From an uncultured Bacilli bacterium (GTDB taxonomy: Bacteria; Bacillota_I; Bacilli_A; RF39; UBA660), in contig CAJUMA010000005.1 of assembly GCA_910587065.1 (NCBI GenBank), forward strand, positions 5,644 through 69,643: 64,000 bases of DNA, in the 5' to 3' direction. Position 1 is the stretch's first letter; the number at the start of each line of letters is the position of its first letter. Below are positions 46,680-56,054 of the stretch, piece after piece. Below the pieces are notes generated by a model, which saw only the letters and a list, made by a program, of their open reading frames with translations, was not told the DNA's origin and did not search any database. A program made the position numbers and the translations under genes.

Positions 46680-48191
46680 ATGAAATTTAGAAATTTTTTC
46701 TATGCTTTCTTTCTTTTTAGTACGATGCTTTTAACAACATTTATCTTATATAATAACAAAAGTTATTCCTACGGGATTTCTAAACAAATAAGTGTTGAGA
46801 ATGGAAAAAAAGTAATCGAATATGCTGAAATCGGTAATGATGGTCACATAAGTTTTGAAGATGCCCATAAATATTTTAATGTACCAATATATGAGCAAAT
46901 GTACTATAATGGAGAAACTATTTATTTTGATAAAGGGCAAGAAACAGATTATCACACTTACATTAAAGGGACTGAAGCTGAAAGAGCCGATAATGACGCT
47001 CTTTTATATGGTAAAAATGCTTATCGAGTACATACAACAAAGGAGTTTATTCATGCTTTCGATGATATTTATCAAAATTTAAAAATAGGGGAATTTCATA
47101 TTATTTTTTCTAAATATGAGCCAATTGATTTAAACCAAGTAAAATCTTACTACGATGAACACTACGGTGTAAAAAATGTACATCAAAACTATTATACCTA
47201 TCAAGAAAAAGGTCTATGGGAACCAGATAGATTTAGCTTCGATATATCAAATGTTAATCGTAACGGAGAGCTAGTTTTAAGTACAATAAATATTCGCCTT
47301 TCAGGAAATGAAAGAGTCATATTAGAGGATTTTGTAAATAAACTTATACCATATCTAAATAAAGGAACGGATTATGAAAAAATTCTTGCAGCCTATACAT
47401 ATATGATAAATACAAGCTATTATTTTGTGGATAATGGTTTCACTAATGATTTTTTAGCATCCTATACATCAGCATATGACTCTTTAATAGCTAAAGGAAC
47501 AAATTGTATTGGCTATTCAATAGGATTTTCTTATCTAATGGACAAAATGGGTATTGAATCTTATATTGTTGACCAAGTTACACAAGTTAATGAAGTTGAA
47601 CATATTTTTGAATCTGTTCATACATATAACGTAGTAAAACTTGAAAACAAATTCTATAAAGTAGATTTAACCGGTAAGTCTTTCTTAACAGCCATAAATA
47701 ATAATGAACTTTATGATAATGCCTTAAATATATCCAGTACAAATTATATGGGTAATAAAAATATAAGTATTGATTATGATAGTATTAATAAGATACTTTC
47801 CTCTAGTAAAAGTATAAAAACAACTACTACAAAAAGAGTAGAAGGTACAACAACTATCAAAAATTATCCCTATACTATGCCAAAGGATAACAATAGGAAA
47901 GATACAACTAACATAGTAAAAACATCCATAGTAACAACCAAAGATGAATCAGGTAACACAGTGACTGTACCAGTTGAGATAAGTGAATCTGGAGAAATAA
48001 TTACTAATTCAAGGGGAAAATATGAAATCATTACAGAAAACACAACTAAAGAAAAAGAAAAAAACAAAGAGAAAACAAGAATTAATTATAATTACATATT
48101 AATCCCGTTATTAATACTTGGACTAATAACACTTTTTATATTATCAATAAAAGATAAGAAAAAGAAAAAAGAAGAGCAAAAGAAGGAATAA
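46680..48191 (+). CDS. secreted transglutaminase-like domain protein with C-terminal TM anchor and KKKKKEEQKKE tail
   Basis: Signal peptide; GTNCIGYSIGFSYLMDKMGIESYIV..H..D Cys-His-Asp core; Thr-rich linker; C-terminal LIPLLILGLITLFIL. Confidence 0.55.
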   Translation: MKFRNFFYAFFLFSTMLLTTFILYNNKSYSYGISKQISVENGKKVIEYAEIGNDGHISFEDAHKYFNVPIYEQMYYNGETIYFDKGQETDYHTYIKGTEAERADNDALLYGKNAYRVHTTKEFIHAFDDIYQNLKIGEFHIIFSKYEPIDLNQVKSYYDEHYGVKNVHQNYYTYQEKGLWEPDRFSFDISNVNRNGELVLSTINIRLSGNERVILEDFVNKLIPYLNKGTDYEKILAAYTYMINTSYYFVDNGFTNDFLASYTSAYDSLIAKGTNCIGYSIGFSYLMDKMGIESYIVDQVTQVNEVEHIFESVHTYNVVKLENKFYKVDLTGKSFLTAINNNELYDNALNISSTNYMGNKNISIDYDSINKILSSSKSIKTTTTKRVEGTTTIKNYPYTMPKDNNRKDTTNIVKTSIVTTKDESGNTVTVPVEISESGEIITNSRGKYEIITENTTKEKEKNKEKTRINYNYILIPLLILGLITLFILSIKDKKKKKEEQKKE

Positions 48192-48219
48192 AAATCTTTC
48201 TTTTTTTATATAATTAAGT

Positions 48220-48945
48220 ATGAATATACAAATATCATTATTATTATCAATTTTAGCGGGCTTAGGAACACTTTTAGGTTCTATACTCATATTTATACCA
48301 AAATTAAATAAACGAGATTATATTCCTTTATTTTTATCTATATCAGCAACAATAATGTTATCATTTTCAATCTTCGATTTAATTCCCGAAAGTGTCTTTT
48401 ATATAACAAGCAATAAAACAACTGGTAAAAGTATACTTTTAATAGTAATACCTTTTTTATTAGGAGTATTTGTAATAAAAGCTTTGGATAAATCTTATAA
48501 AGAAAATAATAATCTAAAGAAAATAGGCATACTCTCGTTCATCAGCTTAGCTATTCATAACTTTCCTGAAGGAATTGCGACATTTCTCTCATCTATGGTA
48601 AACATTCGTTTAGGAATAAGTTTGTCTATCGGGATAATGCTTCACAATATTCCTGAAGGAATTTGTATAAGCCTTCCTTTATATCAAGCTACCAAAAGTA
48701 AGAAAAAGGTTCTAATAACAACTTTTATTGCTTCAATTGCTGAACCCTTAGGTGCCATCATTTCCTATTTATTTTTAAAAAACTATATAAATAATTTAAC
48801 CATTAGTGTGACACTTTTATTTGTTGCAGGACTTATGATTACTTTAAGTATAAATAACATCTATAAAGAGGTAATCGGCAATAAATATATGGGTGTGGGA
48901 ATACTAATTGGTCTTGTAATAAGTGGAATCGCTCTTTTAGTATAA
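48220..48945 (+). CDS. zupT: ZIP family metal transporter (ZupT-like)
   Basis: HNFPEGIATF and HNIPEGICISLPL motifs, 8 TM. Confidence 0.75.
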   Translation: MNIQISLLLSILAGLGTLLGSILIFIPKLNKRDYIPLFLSISATIMLSFSIFDLIPESVFYITSNKTTGKSILLIVIPFLLGVFVIKALDKSYKENNNLKKIGILSFISLAIHNFPEGIATFLSSMVNIRLGISLSIGIMLHNIPEGICISLPLYQATKSKKKVLITTFIASIAEPLGAIISYLFLKNYINNLTISVTLLFVAGLMITLSINNIYKEVIGNKYMGVGILIGLVISGIALLV

Positions 48946-49002
48946 TTGAACTCTTGAATAAAAATAACATTTGTAATAATATATATAAAAAAAGGAGCAC
49001 AA

Positions 49003-50019
49003 GTGATGAAAACATTAAAAAAAGTATACGAAATAAGCGAAGGAAAAATCACATTATCATTTGATTATGAAGGAGAAGATATTGATCCATTAACTATAGA
49101 AACTCTAGAAAAAAATTTAGGTTCTATATCGTATAACAGTATAATAAGAATTATTTATCTAATAAGAGCAACATTTCATAAATATCAAGAAAAATATCTC
49201 TCTCTTAAAATTGATACAGGTTATATGTCATATGAAATTATCTTTGAAGATAAAATCTTGAAATTATATAGCAAAAGAACTGGTATAACCCCAAGTTGTG
49301 ACATTGAAACTAGATATAAAAAGAATGTTTTTTATAGTACTAAAATCATTGGTGAAAACATCGATTCTGTAGTATTATCAACTAAAAAACTTGACGAAAG
49401 AGGAACTAAACTAGATATTTATAACGAAAGAGTAGTTGATGAAATACGAAATATTCAAAATATGAAAACTAATCTAAAAAATGATATAGACTTGATGTCT
49501 TATTATAAAGCTTTTTATGGTTGTGATGCAGACATGACGTTAGAGGATTCAGAAATAAAACTCCAAATAATGATGTTTATCTTACATGCTTTTGGGATAA
49601 TTGATAATTTATATCAATTTGAAATAAATCAAACAGGTTATGAATATATGTGTATGTCATTTGAAAAAGCGTTCCTACCTTGCTCGCATGAAATAGAAGA
49701 AATAAAGAATCGTTTAAGTTATATTAAAGATCTAAACACTAATGATGTTGATATAAAAAATCGTGAAAAAGTTCTGATCATTAGTGAGCTTATTCGTGAA
49801 ACTACTAATTTTGATATTGATAAACTGACCTATCTTGCCATAGTTCTATATATAGACAGATACGTAAAAGATGCAGAAACCGAAGAAAGAACTACTGGAA
49901 GAAAAAAAGCGAGAGAAAATGGTGAACTTATGCAAAAAGCTCTACATAAAAAATGGAGTGAAGAAAAAATTCAAGAAGCCAAAAATTTACTTGAAAAAAT
50001 TAATAAATCATCACTTTAA
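49003..50019 (+). CDS. hypothetical protein (338 aa)
   Basis: AAAGGAG RBS; no motif recognised. Confidence 0.5.
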   Translation: MMKTLKKVYEISEGKITLSFDYEGEDIDPLTIETLEKNLGSISYNSIIRIIYLIRATFHKYQEKYLSLKIDTGYMSYEIIFEDKILKLYSKRTGITPSCDIETRYKKNVFYSTKIIGENIDSVVLSTKKLDERGTKLDIYNERVVDEIRNIQNMKTNLKNDIDLMSYYKAFYGCDADMTLEDSEIKLQIMMFILHAFGIIDNLYQFEINQTGYEYMCMSFEKAFLPCSHEIEEIKNRLSYIKDLNTNDVDIKNREKVLIISELIRETTNFDIDKLTYLAIVLYIDRYVKDAETEERTTGRKKARENGELMQKALHKKWSEEKIQEAKNLLEKINKSSL

Positions 50020-50062
50020 AATAGATATATTGAATAAGAATCAATAGTATGATATTCTATTA

Positions 50063-50497
50063 TTGAAAGTAGTGAGAAGTATTATGAAAAAGAAAACAAA
50101 CACTCTAAGTATAATAGGATTTGTTATATCCATATTCTCTGTTCTCTTTGGAACGATTATATGTTTAATTTCTCTTTCTCAGATTAAGCAAACTAAAGAG
50201 AAAGGGAAGGGGTTCGCAATTGCTGGCATAATAATTAACTTAGTTAAAATCATATCAATTATAATTATATTTGCACTCTTTATATTACTTCCTGGCAAAA
50301 GTGCAAACGAATACAAATGTAGTAAAGCTACCAACTGTACTTTAAACTCTGATGGAATTACAAAAACATGTATATTTGAAGAAGATGGAGTAGAGGAGTA
50401 TATAACTTGTAATCAACCTAGCAAAAAAAGTATTGATAACTATGGAACAGAAGATAATGAAGATACTTTTGATTATGATAAAAATACAGAAGATTAA
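50063..50497 (+). CDS. small membrane protein (two TM, DUF4190-like) with a Cys-rich acidic C-terminal tail
   Basis: TM pair IIGFVISIFSVLFGTIICLI / FAIAGIIINLVKIISIIIIFALFIL followed by a CxxxxxC..C..C acidic tail. Confidence 0.5.
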   Translation: MKVVRSIMKKKTNTLSIIGFVISIFSVLFGTIICLISLSQIKQTKEKGKGFAIAGIIINLVKIISIIIIFALFILLPGKSANEYKCSKATNCTLNSDGITKTCIFEEDGVEEYITCNQPSKKSIDNYGTEDNEDTFDYDKNTED

Positions 50498-50547
50498 ACA
50501 AGAATATTAGTTTACTCTTGTTTTTTTATTATAAATTAAAATATAAG

Positions 50548-50613
50548 TCCCCTACTAAAATTAAAAAAATAAAAGTAGGGGGGGGAAAGAGAAGATTAAA
50601 CAGCCCCTACTTT
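50548..50613. repeat. overlapping hairpin repeats built from CCCCTACT / AGTAGGGG units, containing a G8 tract
   Basis: TCCCCTACT (50548-50556), AGTAGGGGGGGG (50574-50585) and CCCCTACTTT (50604-50613). The middle arm can pair with either flank. The minus-strand reading is followed by a T-rich run. Confidence 0.5.
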
Positions 50614-51024
50614 AATAAATTAAAATAGATACATTATAGGTGCAAGAAAAATATATTATAATTTATAAAATTATTAGAATATGTATACCTCAAATGATAG
50701 AATAAATCGTTTAAATTTTATTAAATTAGTTTGCAACGAATCAGATATATAAATATTTATATTTACAATAAATAAATTATATAGAAAAATATGGGGAGTT
50801 GTTATGAATAAGATGGTTAGTTCATCATTTAATTAAAAATATCCAACTTCATATAATATATATTATGTTAACTTCTATATTTCGGTTAATTAGATGGTTA
50901 GTTATCCATCTAATATTATGATATAAGAAATTATATTTTAAAAGATCAAAACTTAAACGAATATATTCCTTAAAAACTAACTACTGTAATGTATATTCAT
51001 TAATTAAATATATATCCAGCATTA

Positions 51025-51063
51025 CCTACTCTATAAGCAAAAATTTATAAAGTAGGGGTTTTT
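51025..51063 (+). repeat. third copy of the CCTACT..AGTAGGGG hairpin, followed by a T tract
   Basis: CCTACT at 51025-51030 and AGTAGGGG at 51051-51058, followed by TTTTT. Confidence 0.45.
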
Positions 51064-51355
51064 AAGAAAAAAGTAGATACTCAATAAATAAAATATATTA
51101 TCAATATCATCTTCTAATCATCCCCTATTTCAATATTTTAAATAGAGAAGAGGTGACCTTAATTTTTTTTGTTTAAAAGGTTGCTTTTAGATATTTATGA
51201 AATAATTAAGAACAAAACACCTTTCTATACAATAATTTAAAAATCATAAAGGTAGCTAATTTATCAAAAATGATTATTAAATTAGTTAAAAGGGCAATTA
51301 AAAGATAAGCGAATATTCTCTTCTACTCCCCTTCTCCACAAAAAAAAGAAAAGTA

Positions 51356-52129
51356 CTAAACTTTTCTTGATTCAATCTCTGCAATCTTTTCGAAAACTTC
51401 TGCAGCATTATCATTATTCAATTGAGAGTAGCCTAGCTCTCTTAATGCTTGAACTTTAACAGTAAATAATTGTTGAGTACGAGACAATTTTTCTTCATTC
51501 TTTTCTTCAATCTCTCTTACAAATCTTTCTCGGCTCTTCATAACACTATTTTTTGTTGCACCACCATTATTATATAGACCAAATGCTGAATGAATTATGC
51601 CTTCAAATATAAATTGTTTATCTTCGTTAAATCTAAATACATTTGGTTGTGTAAAGCCCATTGATTTAGATATATACCCTAGTAGATATTTAATCTCTGG
51701 AGCGTTGTCCATACTTTGTAACATATGATAAACATATTGAAGTGCATAGAAATTTTCTTCATGATTAGCTGATTCTACCAATTTTTCTTTAATCAAAAAA
51801 GTAATATCACTAATTAAGGCATGTTCTTCTTTTTTTAATCCTTTTAAATCCAAATAGTCATTATCTGATGCTTCTTTAACGCCTTCAGTTAGTCTATTTT
51901 CAACCGCTAATAAATAATCTGTTGTAACCTTAATAGAACTAACAGTACCTTCATCACCATCTTCAATATCAAGTAATTTTAAAAGTAAAATCTTTTTTTC
52001 TTTAGGCCATTTATTTATATTCTCAAGTTCTAAATAATTATATACCATTTGTCTAGAAACTCCAAGATACTTAGCCAATCTAACTTTAGAAATACCTAGT
52101 TCTTGTAGTAATTTATTTAATTGTTCCAT
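51356..52129 (-). CDS. XRE-family helix-turn-helix transcriptional regulator with a C-terminal helical domain of about 190 aa
   Basis: N-terminal HTH ISKVRLAKYLGVSRQMVYNYL; the C-terminal domain is unrecognised (Rgg/RNPP-like is not established). Confidence 0.65.
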   Translation of the reverse strand: MEQLNKLLQELGISKVRLAKYLGVSRQMVYNYLELENINKWPKEKKILLLKLLDIEDGDEGTVSSIKVTTDYLLAVENRLTEGVKEASDNDYLDLKGLKKEEHALISDITFLIKEKLVESANHEENFYALQYVYHMLQSMDNAPEIKYLLGYISKSMGFTQPNVFRFNEDKQFIFEGIIHSAFGLYNNGGATKNSVMKSRERFVREIEEKNEEKLSRTQQLFTVKVQALRELGYSQLNNDNAAEVFEKIAEIESRKV

Positions 52130-52268
52130 CGTCGAACTTCCCTTCTCTATTGTACATAGATATCATATCAATTAAGAATAGATGTGTCAAGTATTTTACA
52201 TTAAAAAAGTGAAAAACCTTTGCGTAGAGAATATAAAGTAATTTACAGAAAACAAAGAAAAAAAGAGC

Positions 52269-52829
52269 CTAAGCTCTTCCTGCATATTTACCATCTTGAG
52301 TAGAGATAAGTATTTTTTCCCCTTGATTAATGAATAAAGGAACTTTAACAGTGTAACCAGTTTCGATTTTTGCATCTTTTTGGGCATTATTAGTAGTATT
52401 TCCTTTAACTGCGTCTGTAGTTTCAACTACTTCGTATTCTACTTTTTCAGGTAATTGAATACCAAGAATTTCTCCTTCATACATACTAATAGTTAGTTCA
52501 AGACCTTCTTTCAAATATTTAATTTGATCAGCAATCTTATCTTCAGGTAATTCTAATTGCTCATATGTTTCATTGTTCATAAATACATAAGAATTTCCCA
52601 TTGAATAAAGATATTGCATTGGTAATCTATCAACCCTTGCCTTTTCAATTTTTATATTTGTATTGTAAGTTTCCTCAACTAAAGATCCTGTTCTTAAATT
52701 TCTTAATTTCATTTTCATAAATGCTGAGCCTTTGCCAGGCTTAACATGTTGGAATTCTTCAATTAAACAAAGTTTCCCATCAATAATTATAGTCATACCA
52801 TTTTTAATTTCATTAATATTAATGTTCAT
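52269..52829 (-). CDS. efp: elongation factor P
   Basis: The N-terminus through KPGKGSAFMKMKLRNLRTGS is the classic EF-P KOW and OB domain sequence. Confidence 0.9.
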   Translation of the reverse strand: MNININEIKNGMTIIIDGKLCLIEEFQHVKPGKGSAFMKMKLRNLRTGSLVEETYNTNIKIEKARVDRLPMQYLYSMGNSYVFMNNETYEQLELPEDKIADQIKYLKEGLELTISMYEGEILGIQLPEKVEYEVVETTDAVKGNTTNNAQKDAKIETGYTVKVPLFINQGEKILISTQDGKYAGRA

Positions 52830-52920
52830 ATTGCACTACCTCCTTTATTACTTATGTGATTATTCTTCTTAATCCTCGGGGTCTATTATTACTAACACTC
52901 TTTCCAGCTAACTTACTTTT

Positions 52921-53046
52921 TCTTGATGAAATCACTTTTTTTTGCTCCTAAATTTTCACAATTGGGAAAAGTAACTTGATTTGCCTGAGATTGAATAAGT
53001 TTTTTATAATCAATTACACCGTGTAAATTACCGTGTTGCATTATAG
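52921..53046 (-). CDS. possible small ORF (41 aa) between rpmG and efp
   Basis: MQHGNLHGVIDYKKLIQSQANQVTFPNCENLGAKKSDFIKKK with a weak GATGAGGG RBS; ORF-level evidence only. Confidence 0.2.
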
Positions 53047-53069
53047 TATTCCCTCATCTTTCATTTTAA

Positions 53070-53252
53070 TTACTTGCCAATTTTTGTTTCTTTAAAAATT
53101 TGAACAGATTTACAAAAAGGACAATATTTTTTAATTTCTAACTTATCTGTAGTATTTTTTGTATTTTTTTCGGTATGTCTTCTAGTCATTTTACCACACT
53201 TAGAACATTTCAAACCAATAGGTGTTCTAGCGTCTGTTTTTCCTTTAGCCAT
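53070..53252 (-). CDS. rpmG: 50S ribosomal protein L33
   Basis: C4 zinc ribbon CSKCG..CPFC and the LEIKKYCPFC pattern typical of L33. Confidence 0.85.
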   Translation of the reverse strand: MAKGKTDARTPIGLKCSKCGKMTRRHTEKNTKNTTDKLEIKKYCPFCKSVQIFKETKIGK

Positions 53253-53302
53253 TTTATTGCCTCCTCACTCGTCAAACTAAGAGTATTTTAGCACAAAATC
53301 AA

Positions 53303-55210
53303 CTACTTTTCAAACAAAATATTAGATATTTTCTTACTTAGACGACTATTTATCGGATATTTATAATTATTTACAGTATTACTGTATGCAAGATTGGGCG
53401 AAACTATTACAATTGAGTACTTTGGTTCAGAGACTGGAGCATACATTATAAAAGACCTAGTTGTAGTCGAAACACCGTTAAAAAATGTTTCACTTGTACC
53501 TGTTTTACCAGCAGCATTTAAACTTTGATCAACATATCCTGATGCTGTACCAGCGGCAATTACTTTTCTTAATCCTGTTTGAACGCGCTTTAAATCCTCT
53601 TCATTAATATTCACTTTACTTAAAACTTCTAATTCATTAATTTCTCTTTTCTCGCCTTCTAAAGAAATAGCGTATTGCACTAATCGTAATTTATTTCGGA
53701 CACCATTATTGGCAATAGTATTAATATAACTACTAAGCATAAGTGGTGTATATGTATCATATTGACCTATCGCATAATTTAATAGTAAATCACCACTTAT
53801 TCTAGAACCTGTAATACCTAATTTCTCTTCATTTAAATCAATTCCCGACAAACTACCTAAACCATAATCTCGAAATACACTTCGATACTTGTTAAAATCA
53901 TCAATAGTTGGATTAAAACTCATATTATAAGAATAACTTTTACCACTAACCTTAATTGCATTAATAAACTGATAGTAATTCGAAGATTGAGCTAAAGCAT
54001 CTATATCATTTATAAGACCAAGCCTAGTCCATGAACATTTGCTTGGCATACTTTTAAGTTTAACACACGAATCCATTATTTTTTTATCTCGATCAATTAC
54101 ATTATTAATAAACGCAACACTTTGACTTGCCCCCTTAACAACTGAACCTACTGTATATGAATTTGTTAGAATGCCAATAACATCAGGGTAGTATTCATTA
54201 TCAGCATCAAAGCCAGCTAAAGCCTTAACTATACCTGTTGAAGGTTCAGTTGCAACAACATAACTCCCTTTAAAATATTTACTACTAGGATACTTTTTAG
54301 CTTCTTTTATTTCCTCTTTTAAAGCACTTTCTATCTCAAGCTGTTTTAGTATATCAATTCCTAGTACTAAATCTAAACCTCTTTTCTCTTCCCTTACAAG
54401 AGTTAAACCATTTCCCTCAAGTTTATATAAAGCTTTTTCTCCCCTTAAAAAATCTTCATAATATTTTTCTAAGAATGTCGTCCCCACAGTATCATCTAAA
54501 CTATAACCCTTATCTAAATAATCTTGAACATTTTCTTCTTCAATTGCTCCAACAGTCCCAAAAAGAGAATTTAATACTGTATCATAGTTATAATGCCTAA
54601 CCCATTTAACCTTTGTTTCCAAATCATTAGAACCAAGCGCGTTAATTTGCATTAATTCATCTTCTGTTATGTCACTTTTTATTATTTTTTCACTAAAACT
54701 ATATCCAGAAGTCATAAGTTTGTATAAATAAACTTCCTTATCAGAAATTTTGTTTATCTCCAAATCATCTATAAAAGTAAATTTATATTCTTCCAATTCA
54801 TCACGACTAATTTGTTCAGATTTATACTTATCAATCATCTTCTTATCAAGTTTTTGATCAATTAGATCCTTATTTATATAGTAGTAGTAAGTTTTCTTAT
54901 CCTTGTCACTTACCGTAAAATCTCCAAACTCTAAAATATTTGCAAGGTTCTCACATAAATACTTAATATCACTTTTATTACTTTTTTTAAAAATTAAGAC
55001 TTTAATACCCTTATTATCTACTAAAACTCTTCCTTCAGAGTCCAGTATTCTACCTCGCGGAGCAGAAGAACCACTTATATAATTATTTAATATTTCATTA
55101 CTTTTACTTCTATAATATTCATGTTTAATAACTCCCACACTAAAAATCCTTATTACAATAATAAGATTAATAAGTATAATTCCTATTTTCAAAATACTTT
55201 CTTTTCTCAT
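53303..55210 (-). CDS. penicillin-binding protein 2 (class B transpeptidase)
   Basis: N-terminal TM, SAPRGRILDSEGRVLVDNKG PBP dimerisation region, and KTGT in GKTGTSE. Confidence 0.8.
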   Translation of the reverse strand: MRKESILKIGIILINLIIVIRIFSVGVIKHEYYRSKSNEILNNYISGSSAPRGRILDSEGRVLVDNKGIKVLIFKKSNKSDIKYLCENLANILEFGDFTVSDKDKKTYYYYINKDLIDQKLDKKMIDKYKSEQISRDELEEYKFTFIDDLEINKISDKEVYLYKLMTSGYSFSEKIIKSDITEDELMQINALGSNDLETKVKWVRHYNYDTVLNSLFGTVGAIEEENVQDYLDKGYSLDDTVGTTFLEKYYEDFLRGEKALYKLEGNGLTLVREEKRGLDLVLGIDILKQLEIESALKEEIKEAKKYPSSKYFKGSYVVATEPSTGIVKALAGFDADNEYYPDVIGILTNSYTVGSVVKGASQSVAFINNVIDRDKKIMDSCVKLKSMPSKCSWTRLGLINDIDALAQSSNYYQFINAIKVSGKSYSYNMSFNPTIDDFNKYRSVFRDYGLGSLSGIDLNEEKLGITGSRISGDLLLNYAIGQYDTYTPLMLSSYINTIANNGVRNKLRLVQYAISLEGEKREINELEVLSKVNINEEDLKRVQTGLRKVIAAGTASGYVDQSLNAAGKTGTSETFFNGVSTTTRSFIMYAPVSEPKYSIVIVSPNLAYSNTVNNYKYPINSRLSKKISNILFEK

Positions 55211-55260
55211 ATTAATATTATTAGTAATTAATCATAAAATATAATAGATATGGAGGAATT

Positions 55261-55515
55261 ATGTTAAATGTAGTTAAGAATTATGTCTCGATGCTAAAAA
55301 AAGAAGACATAATAAAATTTGCAAATAAAAATAATTTAAAAGTTTCGGAAGGAGAAATAGATTTCATCTATAAGTTTATAAAAGAAAATCATGAATATTA
55401 CTTAAAAAATCCAAATATGTTAGATTTAAGTAAATATAAAGATAAATTCAGTTGTGAAAACTATGCCTTCTTAGAAAATCTCATTAACAAATATAAAAGG
55501 ATGATTATTAAGTAA
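55261..55515 (+). CDS. hypothetical small protein (84 aa)
   Basis: GGAGG RBS; ORF only. Confidence 0.4.
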   Translation: MLNVVKNYVSMLKKEDIIKFANKNNLKVSEGEIDFIYKFIKENHEYYLKNPNMLDLSKYKDKFSCENYAFLENLINKYKRMIIK

Positions 55516-55520
55516 TCATC

Positions 55521-56000
55521 CTATTTTATTAATATATCTCCATCATTGCCCAAATCTTCATTCAAATTCTCTTCCGCATACTTTTCGACAACTGCTTCTT
55601 TATACTCGTTGTAGTATCCTTTATAACTTGAAGATACTGTTTTCTTTTTTGTTCTAAGTAGACCAAAGCTTAGTTCCCCTACTACACTTACATGTCTATG
55701 ATAAGCTGTTAAAATATAATAGTCATCTACCTGTGTTAAAGAAAAATTTTCCTCATCTATTTTATATTCTTCAAATACTTTAATAGCAAATTCTTTCATC
55801 TCATCAATATTTTCTAAACCTTCACGTTCCAGAATAGCACCCATTACTTCTTTTGTTTCATTATCAAGTTTGTTTTGATAATAAATATTTGCACAAAAAT
55901 CATATAGAAAAAACAATACTATTCCACCAATTGGAACTAAAAATAAAAATACAATTCCACTAGAAAACATTTTTCTTCTTCCATAAACATCAGTTGCCAC
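55521..56000 (-). CDS. hypothetical membrane-anchored protein (159 aa)
   Basis: N-terminal TM segment FLFLVPIGGIVLFFLY. Confidence 0.45.
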   Translation of the reverse strand: MATDVYGRRKMFSSGIVFLFLVPIGGIVLFFLYDFCANIYYQNKLDNETKEVMGAILEREGLENIDEMKEFAIKVFEEYKIDEENFSLTQVDDYYILTAYHRHVSVVGELSFGLLRTKKKTVSSSYKGYYNEYKEAVVEKYAEENLNEDLGNDGDILIK

Positions 56001-56054
56001 AACTAATCACCTTATCCTAAAATAATTTTATAATAAAACAAAAGTATAAGCAAC

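Noticed and set aside
42240-48067. ORFs 42240..42482(-), 46746..46955(-), 46855..47082(+), 47870..48067(-) and 48861..49052(-)
   Set aside because: Embedded antisense or alternate-frame within tcdA, the transglutaminase-like surface protein and the ZIP transporter
51356-52129. Calling the HTH regulator an Rgg/RNPP quorum-sensing receptor with an SHP-like peptide at 50865..50921
   Set aside because: The C-terminal domain (about 190 aa) is shorter than a typical Rgg TPR domain, and no family signature was recognised. The peptide ORF is 435 bp away with no clear promoter. Kept only as a speculative note.
52196-52426. 76-aa minus-strand ORF overlapping the efp 3' end
   Set aside because: Overlaps efp out of frame; efp is unambiguous
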